From: an uncultured Nitrospiraceae bacterium
GTDB taxonomy: Bacteria > Nitrospirota > Nitrospiria > Nitrospirales > Nitrospiraceae
Direction of reading: 5' to 3'
DNA length: 64,000 bases
NCBI GenBank assembly: GCA_963730935.1
Contig: CAVSTP010000004.1
Span: forward strand, 896,001 to 960,000
A model generated the notes under the pieces. The model saw only the letters and a program-made list of their open reading frames with translations. It was not told the DNA's origin and made no database searches. The translations under genes were made by a program, and so were the position numbers. Positions 48,367 to 59,181 of the stretch are shown piece after piece (position 1 is the stretch's first letter; every line of letters begins with the position of its first letter).

Positions 48367-49389
48367 ATGGATGTCTTGTCCGAAGTACTTGAGACCGTCA
48401 GACTCGACGGCGCGATGTTCTACAATGCGGAGTTTTCCTCGCCCTGGTGCTTCCGCTCTCCCCGCTCGAGCATGCTGTCTCCCTATCTCTCCGATGGACG
48501 CCGCCACGTCATCATCTTTCACTTGCTGACTGAAGGCCGCGGGTATGCGCATGTCGAGGGCGACGGCCGGCCGGTTGCACTCGATGCCGGAGACATTGTC
48601 ATCTTCCCGCACGGCGACCCACATATTCTGGGGAACGGCCCACCGGTGACTCCGGTGGACAACTCACGTGAATTGGAGCGTGTGCTCTCGCTCGGGTTGA
48701 AGCTCTCGCGCATGGGCGGAGGCGGTGAGCTCACCAAATTCATCTGCGGCTACATGACCTGCGAACCGCAGCTCAGCAGCGTGTTTCTTGGCGGGCTACC
48801 GCCGCTGATGAAAGTGAACATCCGCAACGGCCCGTCGGGGCAATGGCTGGAGCATTCGCTTCGCTATTCGGTGGACAATGCGGATCCGTCGAGTCCCGGT
48901 GCAGAAGCCGTCCTCGCCAAACTCTCCGAAGTGTTGTTCGTGGAAACCCTCCGACGGTATATAGAACTCTTGCCGCGGGAGCAGACCGGCTGGTTGGCCG
49001 GCGTACGAGATCCCGAGATCGGGAAGGCCCTGGCGCTCCTGCACCAGAAACCGGCGCATCCCTGGACCATCGCATCACTCGGCAGCGAGATCGGCATCTC
49101 ACGTTCGGTCCTCGCCGAACGGTTCCGGAGGTATCTGTCCGAGAGTCCTATGGCCTATCTTGCACAATGGCGTCTACGGCTGGGCGCGCAGCTGCTCAAA
49201 TCCACGAGCCGCAGCGTGGCGGAAATTGCCGCCGAGGTCGGCTACGAATCGGAACCCTCCTTCAATCGCGCCTTCAAAAGGCAGTTTGGCCTCCCACCGG
49301 CCCGCTTCCGGAGCCAGTTACGGGCGGCGCGCCGCACCTCCCCGGTCCAGACATCATCCCAGAGCCGAGTCGCCGTCAAAAGTCGCTGA
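48367..49389 (+). CDS. AraC-family regulator with cupin_6 domain
   Basis: MDVLSEVL; HPWTIASL; GYESEPSFNRAFKR. Confidence 0.92.
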   Translation: MDVLSEVLETVRLDGAMFYNAEFSSPWCFRSPRSSMLSPYLSDGRRHVIIFHLLTEGRGYAHVEGDGRPVALDAGDIVIFPHGDPHILGNGPPVTPVDNSRELERVLSLGLKLSRMGGGGELTKFICGYMTCEPQLSSVFLGGLPPLMKVNIRNGPSGQWLEHSLRYSVDNADPSSPGAEAVLAKLSEVLFVETLRRYIELLPREQTGWLAGVRDPEIGKALALLHQKPAHPWTIASLGSEIGISRSVLAERFRRYLSESPMAYLAQWRLRLGAQLLKSTSRSVAEIAAEVGYESEPSFNRAFKRQFGLPPARFRSQLRAARRTSPVQTSSQSRVAVKSR

Positions 49390-49504
49390 ACATCCGCGAA
49401 CGCTCCAATCACTCCTCCCTTCCTTGACAGCGTGGGAGACGGCCCGTATGCTCCATCTCACCTGTTCCGTCTCCATGGCTCGTTGCCAGGCGGGAGGGCC
49501 GCTC

Positions 49505-50848
49505 ATGTCGTCGTCTGGTCGACGTCCGTATTCGTGGGACCCCCGTTCGTTCCTGCTCTGCATTGGCCTCCTCCTCATCGTGATCTGTTCCGGACCGCCC
49601 GCGTCTTCAGCCGAACCATTTGTGACGGTCGCCACCTACGACGGCGTCATCAATCCTGTCGCCGCCGAGTACCTGCACGATGCCTTGGCATCCGCTGAAG
49701 CGGACAAGGCGCAGGCCTTAGTGATCGCTCTCAATACGCCGGGTGGCTTGGACAGCTCGATGCGGCTGATCATCAAGGACATCACGGGGTCGACCATTCC
49801 AGTGGCCGTCTATGTGTGGCCATCCAGCGGGCGGGCCGCATCCGCAGGCGTCTTTATCACGATGGCTGCTCATGTCGCGGCGATGGCTCCCGGAACGAAC
49901 ATTGGTGCGGCCCATCCGGTCAACATGGGCGGTGGCGAGATGGACAAGACCATGAAGGAGAAAGTCGAAAACGATTCCGTGGCCTACATCAAGTCCATTG
50001 CACAGCAACACGGGCGGAATGCTGCATGGGCGGAGGACGCGGTGCGCAAGAGCGTTTCGATCACGGAGCGCGAGGCACTGAAGCTGAACGTGATCGATGT
50101 GGTCGCGGAAGATGTTCAGTCGCTGCTGAAGCAATTGGACGGGCGCAAAATTCACCTCCCCTCCGGCCCCACGGTGTTGAAGACCGCCGGGGCAGGCCTG
50201 CGGGAATTCCCCATGGGAGTTCGCCTGGAGTGGCTGAAGGCCATCAGCGATCCGAACATCGCCTATTTGCTGATGACGATTGGGACCATCGGCATCATCG
50301 CGGAGCTCTATAGTCCCGGAGCGATCCTCCCGGGCATCGTCGGCGCGATCAGTCTGATTCTCGCGTTCTATGCCTTCCAGTCGTTGCCGGTGAATTACGC
50401 CGGCATGCTGCTCTTCTTGTTGGGGATTGTGTTTTTCGTGCTGGAAGCCAGCGTGACGAGCTACGGCTTGTTGGCCATCGGAGGCGTGATTTCGATGCTC
50501 ATCGGCTCGGTGATGCTCATCAAGAGCGATGCCGAGTTTTTTCAGATTTCCTGGGCGGTGATTCTACCGGTCGTCACGCTTGCCTCGGCATTCACGCTCC
50601 TGGTGATCGGCACAGGCATTAATGCCCTGCGGCGCCGGCCGGCCACCGGCCGCGAGGAAATGATCGGCCTGGTGGGCGTCGCCAGAACGGCGCTTGCACC
50701 GGACGGCCAACTCGCAGTGCGCGGTGAGTTGTGGGAAGCGGTCAGCGACCAACCCGTCTCCGCAGGCGATGAAGTCGAAGTCACCGCGGTGGATGGCTTG
50801 CGATTACGCGTCAAACCTTATTTCAAGAAGAAAGAGGTCAGAGCATGA
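49505..50848 (+). CDS. nfeD: NfeD-family membrane-bound serine protease
   Basis: NTPGG; AASAG; IGAAHPV; C-terminal OB domain GELWEA. Confidence 0.9.
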   Translation: MSSSGRRPYSWDPRSFLLCIGLLLIVICSGPPASSAEPFVTVATYDGVINPVAAEYLHDALASAEADKAQALVIALNTPGGLDSSMRLIIKDITGSTIPVAVYVWPSSGRAASAGVFITMAAHVAAMAPGTNIGAAHPVNMGGGEMDKTMKEKVENDSVAYIKSIAQQHGRNAAWAEDAVRKSVSITEREALKLNVIDVVAEDVQSLLKQLDGRKIHLPSGPTVLKTAGAGLREFPMGVRLEWLKAISDPNIAYLLMTIGTIGIIAELYSPGAILPGIVGAISLILAFYAFQSLPVNYAGMLLFLLGIVFFVLEASVTSYGLLAIGGVISMLIGSVMLIKSDAEFFQISWAVILPVVTLASAFTLLVIGTGINALRRRPATGREEMIGLVGVARTALAPDGQLAVRGELWEAVSDQPVSAGDEVEVTAVDGLRLRVKPYFKKKEVRA

Positions 50849-51624
50849 ATCTCGCGAGTCCATTTGCCCTACTCTTCCTGGGACTGGTGCTGATCCTCAT
50901 GGGCTTCAATGTCCTGCGGGAATACGAGCGGGCCGTCATCTTCCGCTGGGGACGGCTAGCCCGCGGCCTCGTCGGCGGCAACGGACCGGGCGTCGTCATC
51001 ATTATTCCGTTCATCGACAAGCTCGTGCGCGTCAGCTTGCGCACCGTCGCCATGGACGTCCCCCCACAGGACGTGATCACCAGGGACAACGTCACGGTGA
51101 AGGTCAATGCGGTGATCTATTTCCGCGTGGTCGATCAAGAACGGGCGATCATCCAAGTCGAAGACTATCTCTACGCCACCTCGATGATGTCGCAGACGAC
51201 GCTGCGCAGCGTGCTTGGGCAGAGCCAGCTGGACGACTTGTTGTCGAAGCGCGAACAGATCAACGCCGAGTTGCAGCGGATCATCGACCAACAGACGGAG
51301 CCCTGGGGCGTGAAGGTCACCGCCGTCGAGGTCAAGAACGTGGATCTGCCGCAGGAAATGCAGCGGGCGATCGCACGGCAGGCGGAAGCGGAACGCGAAC
51401 GGCGGGCGAAGGTCATCCACGCCCAAGGTGAATTCGAGGCCTCGCAGCGGCTCGCCGATGCTGCGGACGTTATCAGCCGGAATCCTGCAGCCCTGCAGCT
51501 CCGCTACTTACAGACGCTCGTCGAGATCGCCGCCGAAAAAAATTCGACGACGATTTTCCCCATTCCCATCGATACCATCGCGCCGTTCTTCAAGCACATG
51601 GGGAAGCAGTCGGAGTCTTCCTGA
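50845..51624 (+). CDS. Slipin/stomatin (SPFH) protein
   Basis: [32 protein letters not shown]-coupled to nfeD. Confidence 0.93.
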   Translation: MNLASPFALLFLGLVLILMGFNVLREYERAVIFRWGRLARGLVGGNGPGVVIIIPFIDKLVRVSLRTVAMDVPPQDVITRDNVTVKVNAVIYFRVVDQERAIIQVEDYLYATSMMSQTTLRSVLGQSQLDDLLSKREQINAELQRIIDQQTEPWGVKVTAVEVKNVDLPQEMQRAIARQAEAERERRAKVIHAQGEFEASQRLADAADVISRNPAALQLRYLQTLVEIAAEKNSTTIFPIPIDTIAPFFKHMGKQSESS

Positions 51625-52831
51625 GCCGTTCCACCGCCGCAGTAGGTGGACGGTCGAGCCGCAGTAGCCGAATGATCCACGGAATCGGCGGCCCTTGGAG
51701 TAGCACCGAGGAGAGCGCGATGAAAAACACGAGATGGAAGATCGTATCCGCCTGTTGAATGCCGGCCAATACCGGAAAGGTCGCGAGCACCACCGGCACG
51801 GCTCCGCGAAGTCCGACCCACGCGATCAGTGTTTGTTCGCGAAATGATAAGCGGGAGAACGCCAGCGCGACGTGCACGCTAAACGGACGTGCGACGAGGA
51901 TCAGAAAGAGCGACACCAGCAGGCCGATGCCTGCGATGGGCAGCAGCCTTGCCGGAAATACTTGTAGGCCGAGAATCAAGAACATCGTAATCTGCATCAG
52001 CCAGGCCAACCCATCGTGAAAGTGCACGAGGCTCCGCTGATGGGCGACCGGCCGTCGACGCACGAAGAGTCCGGCGAGGTACACCGCGAGAAACCCGCTG
52101 CCCTGCAATTCGGCCGTCAAGCCGTAGGTCAGGAGCGCGAAAGCGACCGACAGCACCGGATAGATTCCCCTCAGTTCGAGCTTCAACGTATTGAGCGTCC
52201 ACCGCATGAGTTCGCCCATGGCCACGCCGAGCACCGCGCCGACCGTCATTTGAATGACAAAAAATCCCAGCAGCTCCCACAACGAGGTGGCAGGATTGGT
52301 CAGCAATTGGATGATGGCGAGAGTCAACACCACCCCCATGGGGTCATTGCTGCCGGATTCCAGCTCGAGCAGATTGGCCAAGGTCGGGGGAAGCTTCGCG
52401 TTTCTGGCCCGTAGCACCATGAACACCGCGGCGGCATCCGTCGAGGAGACGATTGCCCCCAGCAAGAGCCCCTCGAGAAACGACCACCCTTGGACCACCG
52501 AGACGAACCATCCCACCAAGAGAGCCGTGAGCAACACCCCGATGGTCGACAGCGACAAGCCATTCCACAGCACTAGCCGCACGCTGTTCCATTCCGTGTC
52601 CAAGCCGCCGGAAAACAGGATCAACACCAGCGCAATCACTCCCAGCGTTTGCACGAGTTGGGGATTGTCGAAGTACAAACCGCCCGGCCCATCGGAGCCG
52701 GCCAGCATTCCGATTACAAGAAACAGCACCAGGGATGGAATCCCGAAACGGACGGACAGCTTGATCGTAAAGATACTGAGGATGATGAGCGCAGAAAAGA
52801 TAATGAATAGGGCCTCAATCGATGTGGGCAT
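51590..52831 (-). CDS. K+/H+ antiporter (NhaP2/CvrA-like), membrane domain only
   Basis: [23 protein letters not shown]. Confidence 0.88.
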   Translation of the reverse strand: MPTSIEALFIIFSALIILSIFTIKLSVRFGIPSLVLFLVIGMLAGSDGPGGLYFDNPQLVQTLGVIALVLILFSGGLDTEWNSVRLVLWNGLSLSTIGVLLTALLVGWFVSVVQGWSFLEGLLLGAIVSSTDAAAVFMVLRARNAKLPPTLANLLELESGSNDPMGVVLTLAIIQLLTNPATSLWELLGFFVIQMTVGAVLGVAMGELMRWTLNTLKLELRGIYPVLSVAFALLTYGLTAELQGSGFLAVYLAGLFVRRRPVAHQRSLVHFHDGLAWLMQITMFLILGLQVFPARLLPIAGIGLLVSLFLILVARPFSVHVALAFSRLSFREQTLIAWVGLRGAVPVVLATFPVLAGIQQADTIFHLVFFIALSSVLLQGPPIPWIIRLLRLDRPPTAAVERLRKTPTASPCA

Positions 52832-52856
52832 CGTTTTTCCTAGAAATCGAGCTTCC

Positions 52857-54035
52857 TTACGCGCTGCCTTGGATGATTTCCTGGTAGTACGTGTGCAACA
52901 TGCCGGCGCGCGCCGGTTCCACGAGCACGAGTTGCCGTTGATCGAAGGTATTGGCGCAATAGAGATAGCGCAACCCTTCAGCCGTTCCCAGTTCGACGTG
53001 CAATTGTCGGCCGTCGGATTCTTCCCCGGTGTCCTGTCGGATCACGGTCTTGTCATTGAGCTGCTCCCACACCCCCTGAGCGGACGGCCAATGGTTCTCG
53101 TAGAGCGGGCTGTCCGTTGCCGACGTTGCGGTCCGCACGGGTGTCCTGTCGAAGGGACGCCCCTCGTCGGGTTCTGGTTCCTCATTCCAGGCGATGTCAT
53201 TTCCCTTCCCCCGTCTCAGCACAAAGAGCGGACCGTCGTCAGACACCTCTTCGACCAAGGCATAGCGGACCAGCTGCGGCTGCTCGAACAGCTGCAGACC
53301 GCGCGCCGCAAATGCGCGTTGCAGCGGAATGCGCCGCCCGAGCTGCCGGGTCTTTTCGAATACCATCATGCTCCCGGAGGCACTCATGGCGTCCAACAAG
53401 CGGTCGAGACGGGGCCCCAGGCCCGTGCGCCGCTCAAATGCCGATTGTGCCGTCGCGTCGTGCGCCCTCTCAAAGCTCCTCCAACTCGAGCTCGGAAGGC
53501 CGGGATCCTGTTCGGATTGAACCAACGCATGCGTGGCGACGATACAGTCATACGTCCCGCTCGGGGAACCTGCGTCCACATCCCCGTACTCAAACCGCAC
53601 ATTCTCGAGATGGAAAGTCTCGGCTTTTCGCTGGGCCGCGGCAATGGACGCGCGCGAACGGTCGATACCGAGCACCCGCGCGTGGGGATAGCGGCGGGCG
53701 TAAAACGTCGTGAGAATCCCCGGGCCGCAGCCGAAATCAAGAATCGTCGTGGCGTGGCGAAGCCGCTCTGCGACGAGCGGTCCGATGGCCGCATAGTAGT
53801 CGTATCGCTGGCTGTAGAGGACCGGCAGAATCCGTGGGGCAGCAGAAAGATCGTAGAATGCGGTTTCGTTCTCAGAGGTTCCCTGCCGCTTTTTTTCGAC
53901 ATGCACATGCAACGCCGCGATGTCGTCTGCAGACAAGCCTTGGCGCTGCCACTGAAAATATGTCTCGTCGCTGGTGAACCGCCGAAGCCCCCACTCGTGG
54001 AGATGGGCTTCAAGATCCCCAAATAGCTGGCCCAT
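52857..54035 (-). CDS. Class I SAM-dependent methyltransferase
   Basis: ILDFGCGPG motif I. Confidence 0.8.
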   Translation of the reverse strand: MGQLFGDLEAHLHEWGLRRFTSDETYFQWQRQGLSADDIAALHVHVEKKRQGTSENETAFYDLSAAPRILPVLYSQRYDYYAAIGPLVAERLRHATTILDFGCGPGILTTFYARRYPHARVLGIDRSRASIAAAQRKAETFHLENVRFEYGDVDAGSPSGTYDCIVATHALVQSEQDPGLPSSSWRSFERAHDATAQSAFERRTGLGPRLDRLLDAMSASGSMMVFEKTRQLGRRIPLQRAFAARGLQLFEQPQLVRYALVEEVSDDGPLFVLRRGKGNDIAWNEEPEPDEGRPFDRTPVRTATSATDSPLYENHWPSAQGVWEQLNDKTVIRQDTGEESDGRQLHVELGTAEGLRYLYCANTFDQRQLVLVEPARAGMLHTYYQEIIQGSA

Positions 54036-54185
54036 AATGATCTCGTCTTCCGGCCGCAGTCGGCCGTGTGGGCAAACAATCCCGGAGCATCCCCTGTATC
54101 AGGCGCCGGCACACGTGGCTGCTCTGGCGCGTGAAGGTGATTTGAGCAACTGAGAGACGAAGTGGAAGAGCGTCTTCAGCGGCGG

Positions 54186-55550
54186 CTACGGGCGCTTGAG
54201 CATAATGGCATCAAAATAGGTTTCGGGTACCGGGTGCGGCAGCCGCAACTGCCCGTTCCCAAACACGACGTATTTTTCACAGGTGAGCTGCTCCAATCCG
54301 ATCGGACCCTTGGCATGGAGCCGCGCACTGCTCAATCCGATGTCGCTGCCGAATCCGAATCCCTCCGCATCGTGAAGGCGGGAAGAGGCGTTGACCAACA
54401 CGGCGCCGGCGTCCGCTTCGCGCGTGAACCGCAAGGCAGACGAGTAGTTCGACGTGGCGATCACGGCGGTCATGCAGGGTCCGTGTTCCGCGATGTGCGC
54501 CAAGGCTTCGTTCAGATCGACCACCATTTTCACGGCCAAGGTGGGCGTCTGGAATTGCCGGTTCCAGTCGTCGTCGGTCGCGGGAACGATAGAGGTATGT
54601 CCGCTGATGGGCATTTGCCCCATGAGCGCCAACGTCTTTGGACAGCCGCGCACGTCGACTTTGTATTCGACGAGCAATCGGTTGATCAAGGCGGCCAGAA
54701 AGTGCCTGGCCACACCTTGCTGCACGAGGAGCGTGTCCAGGGCGTTTGTCGCCGACGGCAGCTGCACTTTTGAATTGATGACGACATTCTGCACCAGCGG
54801 CAAATCGACGTCCGCATCCACATACAGATGCGTGAGCCCGCCCTCGTGACAGAGGACGGGCATTCTGGCTCCGTCGAGCACGGCCTTGCGCAAGCCTGCA
54901 CCGCCTCGTGGGATGATCGCGTCGAGCGCCTTACCCGCTCGGATCAGCTCGAGCGCGACGTCTTTCTCTGGACGGTCGACCAACACCCAAGCGCCGTCGG
55001 GAATCCCCTGCTCTTGCGCCGCCTCCCGTAGCCCCTTTCCAATGACATCGTGCGTCAGTGCCCAATCGGGTGCCCCGCGGAAAACGCTCAGGTTGCCGGA
55101 TTTGAGGCAGAGGGCGATTGACTCCACAGTGACCAGCGGCTTCAACTCGGAAATGATCCCGATAATGCCGATCGGCACCCGCACACGGGAGACGACGAGG
55201 CCGTCCGGCCGTTCCCATCGTCCCGTGACCGCGCCCACCGGGTCCGGCCGGTCGGCGATGACCCTGAGCCGCTCGGCCATTTCCTTGACGTCTTCCGCCA
55301 CCATACGCACGCGGGCGACGGCGGCTTTGAGCCTGTCCTTGTTGAGTTCTGTTCCGAACGATTTTCCCAATGCGTCGACATCCTTTTCATTGGCCGCGAG
55401 GATCGCCTCTTCGTCTCGGCTGAGCCGATCCGCCATCGCGTGCAGGGCTCGGTCCTTGACGGGTCCAGCAATCAGCCCAAGACGGGATACGTGACCTCTG
55501 CATGTTTTCAATATCTTATCGAGATAGAGCTTAACCGGTACTTCAGGCAT
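54186..55550 (-). CDS. proA: Glutamate-5-semialdehyde dehydrogenase-like protein with atypical active site
   Basis: RVPIGIIGII; LKSGN; IIPRGG; VNASSR; LHAKGPIGLEQLT; catalytic Cys position is Thr. Confidence 0.8.
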   Translation of the reverse strand: MPEVPVKLYLDKILKTCRGHVSRLGLIAGPVKDRALHAMADRLSRDEEAILAANEKDVDALGKSFGTELNKDRLKAAVARVRMVAEDVKEMAERLRVIADRPDPVGAVTGRWERPDGLVVSRVRVPIGIIGIISELKPLVTVESIALCLKSGNLSVFRGAPDWALTHDVIGKGLREAAQEQGIPDGAWVLVDRPEKDVALELIRAGKALDAIIPRGGAGLRKAVLDGARMPVLCHEGGLTHLYVDADVDLPLVQNVVINSKVQLPSATNALDTLLVQQGVARHFLAALINRLLVEYKVDVRGCPKTLALMGQMPISGHTSIVPATDDDWNRQFQTPTLAVKMVVDLNEALAHIAEHGPCMTAVIATSNYSSALRFTREADAGAVLVNASSRLHDAEGFGFGSDIGLSSARLHAKGPIGLEQLTCEKYVVFGNGQLRLPHPVPETYFDAIMLKRP

Positions 55551-55620
55551 TCTCACCTCAATTTTTTGCGACGAATGAGAGTCGGACTATACCACGACAT
55601 TTTTCGGACAGTAAACTGCC

Positions 55621-56913
55621 TCACTGCTGGATCTGTTCCAGTCGTTTTCGTTCCTCCTGCCTCGCCAGCCACCATCCGAGCCAGCTCCACACGAACGCCA
55701 CCGGAATCAACGCCCAGGCCATCTGCGTCGCGGCGATCCCAACCGCCTTCACCGTGTTGACGACCCATCCCGTGACGGCATCACCTCCGCGCGAGACCGC
55801 TGTGTCGATGAAGTTTTTGGCCTTGTACTTTTCTTCGCGGCTGAGGACGGTAAAGAGTACCTCTCGAGCGGGCTTCGCGATTGCATACTCGCCCACGCGC
55901 CGCACGATCGTAAAGAGAATGAACGACGATAAGATCGGCATCGCTCCAATGACCGCAAATCCCACGACACTCGCGGTGGGCAGGAGGACCAGCGCCGATG
56001 CCAACCCGAACCGGCTGATCATGGGTCCCGTCATGAACAACTGCGCCAGGAACGTCAACACGTTCACGGCAAGATCCATCACGGCGAACAGTCTGGTGCG
56101 ACCCTGGGCAGAGGCAACTTGTTCGCCCACAAGCCTGGTCTGCTCCAGGTAGAGGAAGGTCGCCGTCGTCGTCAGAAAGAAAAGGTACGCACAGATGCCC
56201 AACAGATAGGGAGAGGACAGCGCCAGCCGCATGCCGGCCCACATACTGCCGCCGATGGCCTCCCCTCGTCGTTCCATCACATGCTCTGGCGCATGTCCGG
56301 GCTGCTGTTTCGACCACCGGTCGAGAGCCCGGATGCATAACCAGCACATGCCGAGCAGCGCAGCTGACACCAGCATCAACGACGGAATCGGCACGAGATA
56401 TGTCAAGCCGGTGGTCACCAGCGGTCCCACCATCGCGCCTGTGCTGCCGCCGGCGGCAATGATGCTGAAGAGCCTCGTTCCCTGCTCGGGCCGGAAAATA
56501 TCGGCCATAAAACTCCAAAAGACGGAGACGACGAATAAGTTGAACACCGACAGCCAGACGAAGAACACGCGCGCGATCCACTGCGGAGCGACATGGCTGG
56601 ACATCAGCAGAAAAAATCCGACGAGATGACTTGCGAAAAACACATACACCGTGAGCAGCAACCGCTCACGCGAGACGCGCGCCGACACGTACCCGAAGAG
56701 CGGCGTCGCCACCAGCATCGTCACGAACGTCGCCGTCATCATCCATGGGAGATGCTGTACCCCTCCCTCGATCGCCATTTCATCGCGCACGGGACGAAGG
56801 ATGTAGTACCCGCACAGCAGGCAAAAAAAATACAGAAAGGCCCAGCAGAGCGGCCGGACTTCTTCAAGGTCCGCGCCGGTGAGCGACTGAATTATCGTGC
56901 GATGGCCGGTCAT
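55621..56913 (-). CDS. MFS transporter, ATP/ADP translocase (TLC)-like
   Basis: YYILRPVRD; SVFWSFMADIF; KPAREVLF; KYKAKNFIDT. Confidence 0.85.
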   Translation of the reverse strand: MTGHRTIIQSLTGADLEEVRPLCWAFLYFFCLLCGYYILRPVRDEMAIEGGVQHLPWMMTATFVTMLVATPLFGYVSARVSRERLLLTVYVFFASHLVGFFLLMSSHVAPQWIARVFFVWLSVFNLFVVSVFWSFMADIFRPEQGTRLFSIIAAGGSTGAMVGPLVTTGLTYLVPIPSLMLVSAALLGMCWLCIRALDRWSKQQPGHAPEHVMERRGEAIGGSMWAGMRLALSSPYLLGICAYLFFLTTTATFLYLEQTRLVGEQVASAQGRTRLFAVMDLAVNVLTFLAQLFMTGPMISRFGLASALVLLPTASVVGFAVIGAMPILSSFILFTIVRRVGEYAIAKPAREVLFTVLSREEKYKAKNFIDTAVSRGGDAVTGWVVNTVKAVGIAATQMAWALIPVAFVWSWLGWWLARQEERKRLEQIQQ

Positions 56914-57012
56914 GGCGCGGCATCCTGACCGGCCTTCTCGGCCTTCGCAAGCAAAAACTTGCGACCGGCTTTGGACTTTTTCAGTCCACCTCGTTATGGT
57001 ATGGAACCAGGT

Positions 57013-58047
57013 ATGCGAATCATCGATCTGCGCAGCGATACCGTGACGAAGCCGACCGAGGCCATGCGCGAGGCGATGGCGCGCGCTGAGGTGGGCGACG
57101 ACGTATACGGCGAAGACCCCACCGTCAATCGGCTCCAAGAGATGGTGGCCGGGCTCCTCGGCAAAAAGGCCGCCTTGTTTGTCCCATCCGGAACGATGGC
57201 CAATCAGCTGGCCATCCGCAGTCACGCACAGCCGGGCCAGGAAGTCATCGCCGAAAGCAAGGCGCACATCGTTCGCTATGAGCAGGGGGCCGCCGGGGCT
57301 CTCGCCGGCGTACAACTCCACTGGGTGGCTGGGGACCGCGGCATCATGCAGCCGGAGCAGGTGGAAGCGGCCATCCGGCCAAAAGATCCGCACAGCATCC
57401 AAACTGCACTCATCTGTCTCGAGAACACGCATAATGCCGGAGGCGGCACCATCTACCCCCTGTCCACCATCGAACGAATCCGCACCGTGGCTTCGGCGCA
57501 TGGTGTGCCGATGCATCTCGACGGCGCCAGACTCTTCAACGCGGTGGCCGCCACCACCCTGCCGCCCGCCGCCTATGCGCAGCATTTCGAAACGGTGTCC
57601 GTCTGCCTCTCAAAGGGTCTCGGAGCGCCGGCGGGTTCGCTGCTGCTGACCAACGATCCGGCGATGATGGACCGCGCTAGACGGTTCCGGCGAATGTATG
57701 GCGGTGCGATGCGGCAGGCGGGCGTCCTCGCCGCCGCCGGCATCTATGCGCTGGAACATCATGTGGGACGCCTGAAAGACGACCACGAGAACGCCAAGCG
57801 TCTCGCCCGTAAGCTGCAGCAGATTCCTGCGATCACGATTAACCCACAGCACGTCGACACAAACATCGTGATCTTCGATGTGGTCGGCAACCGGCTCTCC
57901 GCATCTGCCATCGTCGGCGCATTGAAGCAGGAAGGCGTGTTGATCAATGCGATCGGCGTCACCAGCTTCCGGGCCGTCACACACCTCGATGTGTCGACCA
58001 AGCAGATCGACGTCGCGGTGGAGGCGTTTGCCCGTGTCCTGCGCTGA
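57013..58047 (+). CDS. ltaE: Low-specificity L-threonine aldolase
   Basis: [29 protein letters not shown]. Confidence 0.93.
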   Translation: MRIIDLRSDTVTKPTEAMREAMARAEVGDDVYGEDPTVNRLQEMVAGLLGKKAALFVPSGTMANQLAIRSHAQPGQEVIAESKAHIVRYEQGAAGALAGVQLHWVAGDRGIMQPEQVEAAIRPKDPHSIQTALICLENTHNAGGGTIYPLSTIERIRTVASAHGVPMHLDGARLFNAVAATTLPPAAYAQHFETVSVCLSKGLGAPAGSLLLTNDPAMMDRARRFRRMYGGAMRQAGVLAAAGIYALEHHVGRLKDDHENAKRLARKLQQIPAITINPQHVDTNIVIFDVVGNRLSASAIVGALKQEGVLINAIGVTSFRAVTHLDVSTKQIDVAVEAFARVLR

Positions 58048-58114
58048 CTCGCCTCCCATCCATTTCGTATTTCCGCGCTAGCGGACTTTTCAATCATCCT
58101 GCTAGAATGCGGGC

Positions 58115-58354
58115 ATGATGACGGGCAAGCCGATGGATGTTGTTTCGTTCGCGCAGATCAGCCGCATTCTGGAACTGACCGACTCGCTCGGTCTCAACCG
58201 CGAGTGGGTCGAAATTCCGCTGTCTCCTGAGCGGCCCGGCCGGGTCCGACGACTCCCCAACGGGAAATTGGAGATCATCGTCGATGCCGACCGCCCGTTC
58301 GAAGAATGGTTGGGATCGCTCCCGCTGCAAATTCAATCGGCCCAAGGAACGTGA
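58115..58354 (+). CDS. Small hypothetical protein
   Basis: 79 aa; stop overlaps the next GTG (GTGA); TAGAAT 6 nt upstream of ATG. Confidence 0.7.
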   Translation: MMTGKPMDVVSFAQISRILELTDSLGLNREWVEIPLSPERPGRVRRLPNGKLEIIVDADRPFEEWLGSLPLQIQSAQGT

Positions 58355-59142
58355 GCATGGATGGCGACGGAACCCATACCCTCCCGACGAAGGAAGAATT
58401 GCAATCCGAGCTGGCTCCCGTCCCGGAACCGCTCGAGCCGCCGGAACCCCCGAACGAACCGGCGTACGAAGAGATCGTCAATCTCGCCCTGCGCCATGCA
58501 AAAGGACGCCGGGGTGGCGACCTCGTGAGCGTGTTGTTGGTGGGCTCGGGTGCGCGGCGGGCGGTGACAACCCACAGTGATGTTGATCTGGTGGTGCTGG
58601 TGAAAGGCCAGGCCGATGCTCATGAAATCGTCCGCGTGGCCGATCGCACGGCCGACATCCGTTATTGGGGTCATAAAGAAGTGGAAGAAGAACTGTCCTA
58701 TTCGGCGCGACTGCCCTCTCTCCTGCGCAAGGCACGCATCCTTCACGACCACGACGCAATTGGCGCGAAGCTCATTGAACGCGCCAGCCACCGTTTTCGT
58801 CAGGGGCCTTCGCCCGCCAACATGAACGAGCAGATCCGCCTCAAGGCCGAGTGTTTTCATTGGCTCGGCAAGGCACAGGACGTGGCGGACAAGCCGGCGA
58901 CGGCTCAGTATCTGTTGATGAATTTTTTCGAGGAGTTCGTCAACGCGTTCTTCCGCCTGCGCGGGTTGTGGCTGACCGCGCCGATCGACGCGCCTCGCTT
59001 CATCGCGTCGCGCGACGCGGCGCTGGGTGAGCTCGCAGGGCACTTCCTTGTCGCGACGACGCTGCCCGAACGGCTGAACTGCGGTCGAGACATGGTGAAT
59101 GTGTTGTTCAAAGATGTGCCGAATCCTGCGCGCATCGATTGA
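58351..59142 (+). CDS. Nucleotidyltransferase-domain protein (pol-beta/KNTase-like)
   Basis: GSGARR...SDVDL; helical C-terminal domain. Confidence 0.8.
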   Translation: MSMDGDGTHTLPTKEELQSELAPVPEPLEPPEPPNEPAYEEIVNLALRHAKGRRGGDLVSVLLVGSGARRAVTTHSDVDLVVLVKGQADAHEIVRVADRTADIRYWGHKEVEEELSYSARLPSLLRKARILHDHDAIGAKLIERASHRFRQGPSPANMNEQIRLKAECFHWLGKAQDVADKPATAQYLLMNFFEEFVNAFFRLRGLWLTAPIDAPRFIASRDAALGELAGHFLVATTLPERLNCGRDMVNVLFKDVPNPARID

Positions 59143-59181
59143 ACGCCGCTTACTGAACCTCCGGGCGGGGGAGAAACTCTT

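Noticed and set aside
1700..49000. Integron cassette array (many single stress/detox genes)
   Set aside because: Genes lie in mixed orientation; no integrase; RYYYAAC-like heptamers near 16793 and 32517 have no matching GTTRRRY arm that I could find
52254..54026. 590-aa plus-strand ORF
   Set aside because: Antisense shadow of the antiporter and methyltransferase genes; no recognisable motifs
56914..57585. N-terminal extension of the 654-aa MFS ORF
   Set aside because: Antisense to ltaE; the real start is likely 56913
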